In this document: one piece after another, positions 30,054 through 37,646 of the stretch
Numbering within the stretch: position 1 is the stretch's first letter
How the letters are laid out: each line of letters begins with the position of its first letter
DNA from: Chloroflexota bacterium
GTDB lineage: Bacteria; Chloroflexota; UBA11872; VXNJ01
Length of the DNA stretch: 64,000 nucleotides
NCBI GenBank assembly: GCA_965261345.1
Contig: OZ253449.1
Location: 1,152,001-1,216,000 of the forward strand
Direction of reading: 5' to 3'
Made by a program: the position numbers and the translations under genes
The notes under the pieces: model-generated
The model's input: the letters and a program-made list of their open reading frames with translations, nothing else
The model's database searches: none
What the model was told of the DNA's origin: nothing

Positions 30054-30736
30054 TGCGAGTCGACGGGTTTGCCCAGGTCGCCTCGATCAATGTCGCCCGC
30101 TACCCGCAAAGCGCGGGTACGCTGGACCCGGCCCCGGTCGAACAGCTTCTGATCACGATGGGGGTGGCCGGGGTTGACGGCGCGGTCTTGGTCCAGCCCG
30201 ACCAATACGGTCCCGATCACTCGTACCTGCTCGATGCGCTTGATGCGTACGGATCAAGGCTCCGTGCGGTGTGCGCCGCCGGTTCGGTCGAAATCGAAGC
30301 TGAGCTCGTCATCGGCGCCCGCTTCAGTCCGGCCCAATTCCGGGCCGATCCCGCCGCGGTGGCTCGGGTTGTAGACCTTTGTAAGTTGCTTTACCTGCCG
30401 CACCCAGTTGACCTGACCCGCTTTGCCAAGGCCAGAGCGGTGCTAGAGGTTGAGCAGGGCCAGCTAACGGAGGACCGCGCCGACAGTTTGGCCGCCTTTT
30501 GCAGCGCCCCCGACCGATGGGTGCTCATTAAGGCATCCAGCCTGCCGTCCGCCGATTTTTCAGCCGCCCTCAATCGGCTCAGCGCGGCCGCCGGCCGCGC
30601 GCGCCTGCTCTGGGGTTCGGGGTTTCCCGCCTGCGGAGGATCAAACGGCTACTCCTCCGCGATTGCCCCCCTAGTGGAGCTGGGCCTACCCGGGGATCTC
30701 TTTTCCGTCGGCCCAGCCCAGGCGCAACAGGAATGA
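30053..30736 (+). CDS. Degenerate amidohydrolase-2-like protein
   Basis: GVDGAVLVQP..YG.DHSYL and RLLWGSGFP match the family, but metal ligands are absent. Confidence 0.6.
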   Translation: MRVDGFAQVASINVARYPQSAGTLDPAPVEQLLITMGVAGVDGAVLVQPDQYGPDHSYLLDALDAYGSRLRAVCAAGSVEIEAELVIGARFSPAQFRADPAAVARVVDLCKLLYLPHPVDLTRFAKARAVLEVEQGQLTEDRADSLAAFCSAPDRWVLIKASSLPSADFSAALNRLSAAAGRARLLWGSGFPACGGSNGYSSAIAPLVELGLPGDLFSVGPAQAQQE

Positions 30737-31561
30737 GACCAGGTGGTCGGTGGTCTGACGCAGGTGGACGTTGTCGGGCGAGAACCCGGCGTTAAAAAAC
30801 CCGTGGTCGGCTCCAGCAAAGCCGATCAGTTGGCAATCGGCCCCCAGTTCCAGCGCCATCTGGCAAAACGCTTCCGATCCAGCAAAGGGCACCAGGTTGT
30901 CGTCTCGTCCGTGCATGATCAGGGTCGGCGGCAGCCAGGTTCCCAGGTGATGGGCGGGGGATATGTCCCGCCCGTTTGTCCCGGCAAGCTTTTCAAACAT
31001 TTCGGCGCGATCCGGAGTGAGCGAAAAGCGTCCGGGCAAATCGGCGGTCAGCAGCAGCGGGTTGTATAGCACGAGCGCGGCGGGAATGATCAGCTCCGGC
31101 TTGGCCTTGCCGGCCGCGATGGTGGCGCAGGCGGCCGCCAGCAGCCCGCCGGCCGAACCGCCAGCGGCGGCGATCCGCTTTCGGTCGATCCCAAGACGTT
31201 CGGAATTGGCGGCCACGTAGGCCATCGCGGCGAAGGCGTCGGTAATGCAATCGCGGGCATTGACCGCGTCGCGCTGGCCGACCCGATAGTCGGCCAGTAC
31301 TCCGACAATTCCGTTTTCAGCCAGGACCCTGGCCTGGTGGTCAAACTGCTGCGGAGTCCCCACCTGAAAACCGCCGCCAAAGAAGAAAACCGCCGCTCCC
31401 AACCCGTCGCCACTGGCAGCACCAGCCGGATAGCGCATCCAGATCCGCAGGTTGCGGCCGCCGGCCCGGCGGAATACGTGCGAGGGCGCGCCGTCTATCT
31501 TGGGGGGATATTGTTCGGAATCGTACGCTTGCATCGCCACCGGCCCGGACTGCACATTCAC
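30686..31561 (-). CDS. Alpha/beta hydrolase (HSL-like esterase)
   Basis: FFGGGF, DYR, GGSAGG, HGRDD, HGFFN; start uncertain. Confidence 0.85.
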   Translation of the reverse strand: MNVQSGPVAMQAYDSEQYPPKIDGAPSHVFRRAGGRNLRIWMRYPAGAASGDGLGAAVFFFGGGFQVGTPQQFDHQARVLAENGIVGVLADYRVGQRDAVNARDCITDAFAAMAYVAANSERLGIDRKRIAAAGGSAGGLLAAACATIAAGKAKPELIIPAALVLYNPLLLTADLPGRFSLTPDRAEMFEKLAGTNGRDISPAHHLGTWLPPTLIMHGRDDNLVPFAGSEAFCQMALELGADCQLIGFAGADHGFFNAGFSPDNVHLRQTTDHLVSFLLRLGWADGKEIPG

Positions 31562-31618
31562 TGGGGGTGAATAATCTTGTAAGTAGGCCCTGTTAGCAAT
31601 TATGCGGAGCAAAGTTCG

Positions 31619-32233
31619 TTGAATCTCTTCGGTTCAAAATCGCGCGCCGAGCGCCGTGCCGCCCAGAAAGCGGAATTTGGCGATCGCTTGCCTTCGGGTC
31701 AACACATCGTCGAGAACTGGCCAGTTCTCACTTACGGACCGACTCCCAACATCGTGCCCAGTGCCTGGCAATTGACCGTTTCCGGATTGGTCGCGGAGCC
31801 AAAAACCTTTGACTTTGAACAGTTCAAGGATTTGGGAACAACGACCCTGCATGCCGACTTCCATTGCGTGACCCGGTTTTCGATGATGGACAACGACTGG
31901 ACCGGGGTGCCGGTTACCCGCCTGCTCGAACGAGTCAGCGTGCTTCCGCAAGCCGGCGCGGTCATGCTCCACTGCTACGGCGGCTACACCACCAACCTGT
32001 TGCTGGATGACTTCGACCGGCCCGAAAACATCTTTGCGCTGGAACGTAACGGCGAGTTGATCGGGCGCGAACACGGGGCCCCGGTCCGCCTGATCGTTCC
32101 TCACCTTTACGCTTGGAAGTGCGCCAAGTGGATTGCCGCAATCGAATTTATCGAACGCGATCGCCCCGGTTTTTGGGAGTTGAATGGCTACCACATGCGC
32201 GGCGACCCCTTCGCTGAAGAGAGATTTGCTTAA
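31619..32233 (+). CDS. Sulfite oxidase-like molybdopterin-dependent oxidoreductase (YuiH type)
   Basis: RLPSGQ, DFHCVTRFS, HGAPVRL, YAWK.AKW, GFWE.NGYH. Confidence 0.9.
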   Translation: MNLFGSKSRAERRAAQKAEFGDRLPSGQHIVENWPVLTYGPTPNIVPSAWQLTVSGLVAEPKTFDFEQFKDLGTTTLHADFHCVTRFSMMDNDWTGVPVTRLLERVSVLPQAGAVMLHCYGGYTTNLLLDDFDRPENIFALERNGELIGREHGAPVRLIVPHLYAWKCAKWIAAIEFIERDRPGFWELNGYHMRGDPFAEERFA

Positions 32234-32262
32234 TTGACGACATCTCCAAGGGCTAAGCGCAC

Positions 32263-32994
32263 ATGACGCGCGAACTGCGCCGCTACCGGCTTTTCCTGAC
32301 CTTTCTGTTGGTGCCGCTATTTATCGTGGCGCTGATCATCATATTTGTGGCCAACGTGTTTTTCGCCTCTGATTCACCACCCGACGGGGCAGCGGTAACC
32401 CTGTCCGGCGTGACAACGCCAACCCTATCGCCCACGTTGCCCACGTCCGCCGACACGCCGGCCGCGGTGACTACGCCGGTCGTGGCGGTTGCTACGCCAA
32501 CCCCGATCGCCCCGCTGGTGCCGACCGCAGCGCCGCCGCCTCCACCGACGGCGACGCCGACGGTCGCCCCGATCGGAAGCTATGTGGTCGCAGACGGCGA
32601 TACCCTCTACGGCATTGCCCTCCAGTACGGGCTAACCATCGACGAATTGGCTGCCTTTAACGGCATCACTGATCCGTCGCTGCTGCCGATCGGACAGGAG
32701 CTGGCAATTCCGGCGCCGGGTACGGTCGTGGTGCAGACCGCCGCCGCTCCGGTCGTTACCGCGGCCCCGGCGCCAACCGCGGCGTCGACCACGCTGCTGG
32801 GGACAGTCTCCACCGGCGGACCGCTCCTGAACGTGCGCAGTGCGCCATCTCTGAGTGCGAGCGAAGTCGTCGGGCAACTCGACGATGGGGTGGTCGTTCA
32901 GTTAACCGGTCGAACCCAGCTGGCCGACGGGGTCACCTGGTATGAGACTGCCAATGGCAATTGGCTGCACGGCAACTTCCTGCAAATCCCCTAG
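32263..32994 (+). CDS. Membrane-anchored LysM + SH3-like protein
   Basis: N-terminal TM, Pro/Thr linker, YVVADGDTLYGIA LysM, LNVRSAPS...WY...GNWL SH3b. Confidence 0.85.
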   Translation: MTRELRRYRLFLTFLLVPLFIVALIIIFVANVFFASDSPPDGAAVTLSGVTTPTLSPTLPTSADTPAAVTTPVVAVATPTPIAPLVPTAAPPPPPTATPTVAPIGSYVVADGDTLYGIALQYGLTIDELAAFNGITDPSLLPIGQELAIPAPGTVVVQTAAAPVVTAAPAPTAASTTLLGTVSTGGPLLNVRSAPSLSASEVVGQLDDGVVVQLTGRTQLADGVTWYETANGNWLHGNFLQIP

Positions 32995-33003
32995 ATTGTC
33001 AAA

Positions 33004-34281
33004 TTGCACGGACCCCGCCGGGCGGCGGCGGGGGTTAGCGAGCGATCTCACCTTCAGCATGCGCACATGAAAACGGCCGCCGACACTAGCGCAGATGGGG
33101 TGCTGCCAACTGAATACGCGGCCCACAACAGCGCCCGCCAATTTTTCGCGCTGGCCGCCGGCAGCGACTCCCCAACCGTGCGCGACCTGGCAAGCCTGGG
33201 CGGCCACGCCGCCCGGCTCATCGCCGCCTACATTGAGTTCGCCCGTCCCGCCGACCCGGTCTTGGCCGCCGGCCAGTTGGAGCAACTGCTCGCGACGCTG
33301 CTCCCGCTCACCGACGGTCGCCGGGTCATGCACGCGCATTCCGAACTCATCGGCCCGGCCCGTTCGGCAGTTGCCAGAGTGTTGCCCGAAGCCTTGGTCG
33401 TCCTGCACGGAGAGGCTGGCGCCGCCGATGCCGCGCCGCGCCGGGTCGGAGACCTGCTAAGAGGGATCATCGCCCGCCTGGCGGCCGACGCGCCGCAACT
33501 CGCCGGCCAGTTGGAGCTGCTCGTTCCGGCCCAGTACCTAAATCACCGTGAAATCGTGGTGCTCACCTATCCGGCCGGACGCGGCGGCGATCCTGGCGTT
33601 TTAGCCCTGCTGCTGGGGCAGGCGATCCCGTTGCTGGAGATTGACGCCCGCCAGTCTCCGCTCATGCCAGCGACGAACTTGCCCGATCCCGCTTGGCACC
33701 GCATATTGCTCGCCGATTGCCTGGGGGCGCGCCGTCTGGGATTTAGTTACCTAGACCAGTTGCTGGCCCTCGGATCGACCGCGCCGTCCGGGCCGCCGCC
33801 GGGCCTGCGAGGCCAGCTGGTCCTGGCGACGCTCGCCGATCTGGGTTATCGCCCGGATTTGCCGGGCCCGCTCGGCCCGGCCCTGGCCCGGGCCCAACGC
33901 CAATTGCCGGTGTGGCCCGACGCCGATCCGCGGTTGGCCTCCCACCTCCTAGATCAGGCCCGAACGATAGACCAATCCACGTATCACGCCGCCCAGTGCG
34001 CCGAGGATATAGCCCCCCTTTTGGCCCTGCTGGGCTGCGGCATCCCGCCGGCCCAAGTAATTGACCCCGCGGGTGGCTGCCGCTGGCCCAGTGCGCGGGC
34101 GGTGCTGGCTACTTCGGCGGTGTTCAATCACGTCGGGCTCGGATCGCTGCGGCGCTATCTGCGACTGGAAGGGCCTCCGCAGCAGGATCGCCTGGCCCTG
34201 CGCCAGCGAAAAGACGAGTTGGTGACCAAGGCGCTTGAGCTGCTGGCGTTCGGCGCCGCCTTCGAGAACGCGCCGCTATGA
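33004..34281 (+). CDS. Hypothetical protein, possible inactive zincin-like fold
   Basis: 425-aa ORF coupled (ATGA) to dcd; start uncertain (33067 ATG or 33100 GTG). Confidence 0.6.
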   Translation: MHGPRRAAAGVSERSHLQHAHMKTAADTSADGVLPTEYAAHNSARQFFALAAGSDSPTVRDLASLGGHAARLIAAYIEFARPADPVLAAGQLEQLLATLLPLTDGRRVMHAHSELIGPARSAVARVLPEALVVLHGEAGAADAAPRRVGDLLRGIIARLAADAPQLAGQLELLVPAQYLNHREIVVLTYPAGRGGDPGVLALLLGQAIPLLEIDARQSPLMPATNLPDPAWHRILLADCLGARRLGFSYLDQLLALGSTAPSGPPPGLRGQLVLATLADLGYRPDLPGPLGPALARAQRQLPVWPDADPRLASHLLDQARTIDQSTYHAAQCAEDIAPLLALLGCGIPPAQVIDPAGGCRWPSARAVLATSAVFNHVGLGSLRRYLRLEGPPQQDRLALRQRKDELVTKALELLAFGAAFENAPL

Positions 34282-34919
34282 CCGATACCGATCGCGCTCT
34301 GGCGGCGGTCTCCGACGCCGAACTCAACCGCCGCCTGCTAGCTCCCGACAAGCACAATGAGTTGGCGGTGATACCGCTCGGAACCGAGCGGGTCAACGGC
34401 TCGGCGATCGATGTTCGCCTGGGAACGCGATTTGTGAGCATGCGTCGCACCGCCACCGCCGCCATCGACCTGATCGATGCCGACCCCGCCGGGGTTGCCC
34501 GACTCTTGGAAGAACGGCAACTGGCGTTCGGTGAGAGTTACAACCTGCATCCCGGCGAGCTCATCCTTGCTGCCACCCTGGAGTACATCGCCCTGCCGTC
34601 CGATTTGGCCGCCACGGTCGCCTCACGCTCGTCCTACGGCCGGGTTGGGTTGGTAATCGCCACCGCCCCCTACGTCCACCCCAATTACCGTGGTTGTTTG
34701 ACGTTGGAGCTGGCCAATCTGGGAAGCACGCCGCTGATTCTCTATGCCGGACTTCCGGTCGCTCAGCTCTCATTCATGCGGGCCCAAGCCAGCACCTTTA
34801 GGCCCTCGCGATACAACCTGGCCACCGGACCGCTTTTCCCAACCGCCGGGTCGGGCGATCGCGCCAATCTGCGCCAGATTAAGAAATCCTTCCAAAAAAT
34901 CTCGCGTCTGGTCGACTGA
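34278..34919 (+). CDS. dcd: dCTP deaminase (trimeric dUTPase fold, variant)
   Basis: IDVRLG, LHPGE, TLEYI.LP, RSSYGRVGL, LTLELAN, VAQL. Confidence 0.85.
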   Translation: MTDTDRALAAVSDAELNRRLLAPDKHNELAVIPLGTERVNGSAIDVRLGTRFVSMRRTATAAIDLIDADPAGVARLLEERQLAFGESYNLHPGELILAATLEYIALPSDLAATVASRSSYGRVGLVIATAPYVHPNYRGCLTLELANLGSTPLILYAGLPVAQLSFMRAQASTFRPSRYNLATGPLFPTAGSGDRANLRQIKKSFQKISRLVD

Positions 34920-35429
34920 TTAGCGTTTGACCCAAAACGCCGCGAGCAAATCGGCACTCATTTTGGCGAGCGCGCTGTCACTGGGATTTGTCACTACGAT
35001 TACCTTGGTTCTCGCTACTTTGTCGTGCACCGTCTGGCCGTCGTTGTCTAAATACTTCCACCAATAGATCGCTCCCAGAAAGACCGGCGCGAAAAAAACC
35101 TGGATGAGCCCGCGGATCGCTACCGTTTCGTTGGCCGCTGGACACGAGCTTTCGCGATCAACGATTCGCAAACCCATGACGGCCTTGCCTGGACTGGCCC
35201 CATAGACGACGTAGAAGAACGGCAGGTAGCCCAATCCCACGACCGCGTTGACCACCATCGCGATGATAAATACTGCAAAACCGAAGATCGGAATCTCGTT
35301 CAGGGTGGCAGCGACCAGGTAAAACAGCGAAATGACTGCACTGGCCAGGACCAAATCGATTCCCAGCGCGAGCAACCGCGCAATATCCTCAGCCGGATAT
35401 CCGTCGACTGGTTGCCGCGCCATTCCCAT
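34920..35429 (-). CDS. RDD family protein
   Basis: RLLALGID, SPGKAVMGLRIV, QTVHDKVART; TM helices. Confidence 0.85.
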   Translation of the reverse strand: MGMARQPVDGYPAEDIARLLALGIDLVLASAVISLFYLVAATLNEIPIFGFAVFIIAMVVNAVVGLGYLPFFYVVYGASPGKAVMGLRIVDRESSCPAANETVAIRGLIQVFFAPVFLGAIYWWKYLDNDGQTVHDKVARTKVIVVTNPSDSALAKMSADLLAAFWVKR

Positions 35430-35853
35430 TCGATCCCATTCGCCGGTACCGACGCAACCTAGCTGGCAGCGGTATGGCAGATCCGGCAAGATTTGATTTT
35501 GTTACTACAAATCTAGTCACCGCAACTACGCCTAACAAAAACAGTACGTCAACTGAAATTTATCCATCGCCGGCCGCCATTGCGCGTGATCGCGCAGCGG
35601 CCATCGCGATGTCGACAACATTGTCAATTGACTGTCGATCGTCTGGCCAATCATCTCCAATTCAAGCTCGCTTAAGCTTTGGTTCGGCCAGATCCGGCGC
35701 GGTCCATTCCAGCCCGACAAATCGGTACATTTCGATTGATTGGGATGCGTTACCCGGATTGGTGCGACCGACGTCAGTATTGGTTTACTCGTTGGGCGGC
35801 CTTTATTCCTACACACCTTAAAAAGCCGCCCCGGACCACTAATTAGGAACTGA

Positions 35854-37167
35854 ATGCTTCAGCCGTCAACTTGGCCTCAGATCGCCTCGCGTCTGGCCGC
35901 CGAAATCGGCCAGAACGAATACGCAACTTGGTTTTCGGGATCAACCCTGTTGGCCAGTGATGATTCGTCCGTAACGATCGGACTACCCAACGCTTTCGTC
36001 CTGACCGCCGCGCAACGCAAGCATGGCGACCAAGTCGCCCATACCGTCGCTGAGATATTGGGGCGCCCCGTCAAGATCAATTTCAAAACCGCTGCGGCCG
36101 ACTCGCCGCCGGTCGGTCGGGACCCTGCGGCACTGACCCAGCCAGTCTCGGATAAACCGCAGTTGCGCCCGCAGTTCAGCTTCGACGATTTTCTGGTCGG
36201 CCCTGAAAACCAACTTGCCAACGCCACCGCCCGGGCAATTGCCGACGGCCAGTCAACGTTTAACCCGCTGTTCCTCCACGGCCCTTGCGGAGTTGGAAAG
36301 ACCCACCTCCTGCGAGCGATCGCCGCCTCGGACCGGCAGGGTGGGCCGGCGATCTACTCCACGATGGAGCAATTTACCAACCAGTTGGTACTTTCGCTGC
36401 GGAAGAATTCGCCTGAATCGCTCCGTAATCGGTACCGTTCAGCCCAGCTGGTGCTCTTTGATGATGTTTATTTCGTGGCCGGTAAAAAGGCGACCCAAGA
36501 GGAGCTCTTTCACACCATTGACTGTGTCGCCGGCAACGGCGGCACAGTCGTCCTGGCCAGCGATCGCTGCCCATCCGAAATGGCCGAATTGCCCGACCGC
36601 CTGCGATCGCGCTTTGCATCTGGCATCGTAGTTGACATCCAGCCGCCCGGGTTTGAGCTGCGTCTCGCCTTCATCGAGCGCCGGTCCCAGTTGGGCCAGA
36701 TCAGATTCCCGGCCGAGGCCCAAGCCGCCCTGGCGGCCGCCAACATTCCTGACTTCCGCAAGCTCGCCGGTCTAATCAATCGCCTGCTGGCCCAGGCTCG
36801 GCTCGACTCGCGGCAGATCGACCTGAACCAGGTGGTTAGCTTGTTGGCCCGCTACGACCAAGACGGGCAGTCAACTCGAATCTGCCCGGAGACCATCATC
36901 AATCAGGTAGCGTCCAGAATGGGGGTCGACTCCCAACTCATCACCGGCACGTCCCGCAAGCAACAGGTGGTCGCTGCCCGAAACCTGTGCGCTTACCTGA
37001 TCCGCCACCTAACCAACGCGCCACTCACGGCGGTGGGTGAAAGCCTAGGCGGCCGTTCACATTCGACCGTGCTCAACGCCCTGTCCCGCGCCCAAATTGC
37101 GCTGCAGAACGATCCACGCTTGCGGGTTATAGCCGAACAGATTGGGATTAATCCGCAAGCGCGCTAG
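35854..37167 (+). CDS. dnaA: Chromosomal replication initiator DnaA
   Basis: YATWF domain I, FDDFLVG..N, FNPLFLHGPCGVGKTHL, TQEELFHT, RLRSRF, domain IV GGRSHSTV. Confidence 0.93.
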   Translation: MLQPSTWPQIASRLAAEIGQNEYATWFSGSTLLASDDSSVTIGLPNAFVLTAAQRKHGDQVAHTVAEILGRPVKINFKTAAADSPPVGRDPAALTQPVSDKPQLRPQFSFDDFLVGPENQLANATARAIADGQSTFNPLFLHGPCGVGKTHLLRAIAASDRQGGPAIYSTMEQFTNQLVLSLRKNSPESLRNRYRSAQLVLFDDVYFVAGKKATQEELFHTIDCVAGNGGTVVLASDRCPSEMAELPDRLRSRFASGIVVDIQPPGFELRLAFIERRSQLGQIRFPAEAQAALAAANIPDFRKLAGLINRLLAQARLDSRQIDLNQVVSLLARYDQDGQSTRICPETIINQVASRMGVDSQLITGTSRKQQVVAARNLCAYLIRHLTNAPLTAVGESLGGRSHSTVLNALSRAQIALQNDPRLRVIAEQIGINPQAR

Positions 37168-37460
37168 CTAAGCTGCACCCAGAGTGGCCCGCTGTCAACT
37201 CGGCGTTCAAACACACCCGAAAGTACCCGATCAATCGACATTTGCTTGGGTCATATAAGCACCGGCTGTCGATTCATGGGTTCTTTTGGGTACACCATTC
37301 AACAACCCGTTATCGCCTCTCCAAACCCTGGGCGGTCGCATCGTTTAAGCATTGAACAGGCACTATGAATACGACTAATAACTTAAATAAATTAGTACTA
37401 GTAATTAACTTGGGCTGTCGATTCATCAGGCTGTCGACCGGATAATTTCTCATAATCGAG
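37168..37460. promoter_or_regulatory. Predicted replication origin (oriC unwinding region)
   Basis: Intergenic region next to dnaA with five TGTCRAY repeats, AT-rich tract 37364-37410, trio-like TAGTACTAGTAA adjacent to a GGGC spacer and two tandem boxes. Confidence 0.75.
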
Positions 37461-37498
37461 CGAGCGCAACAAGGGTCGGCATTGGAGGGATCACGGTA

Positions 37499-37642
37499 AT
37501 GGCCAGACGAGTTCGGCACAAGGTGGCCGCCAAACACGATCTACCGCCGTTGGATCACATCCGCAGCGACATCGTCCGCATTGTCGTTATCGGGGTGATC
37601 GTCATGGCCCTGCTGATACCGGCCTACCTGGTAATCACCTAG
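37499..37642 (+). CDS. Small membrane protein (47 aa), absent from ORF track
   Basis: GGAGG RBS at 37484-37488; MARRVRHKVAAKHDLPPLDHIRSDIVRIVVIGVIVMALLIPAYLVIT*; single C-terminal TM helix. Confidence 0.72.
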   Translation: MARRVRHKVAAKHDLPPLDHIRSDIVRIVVIGVIVMALLIPAYLVIT

Positions 37643-37646
37643 CGTC

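Noticed and set aside
35560-35568. Canonical DnaA box (TTATCCATC)
   Set aside because: A single 7/9 match, not repeated; the recurring motif is RTYGACA.
35474-35821. ORFs of 115 and 94 aa upstream of dnaA
   Set aside because: No motifs, atypical composition, and they overlap the predicted regulatory region.
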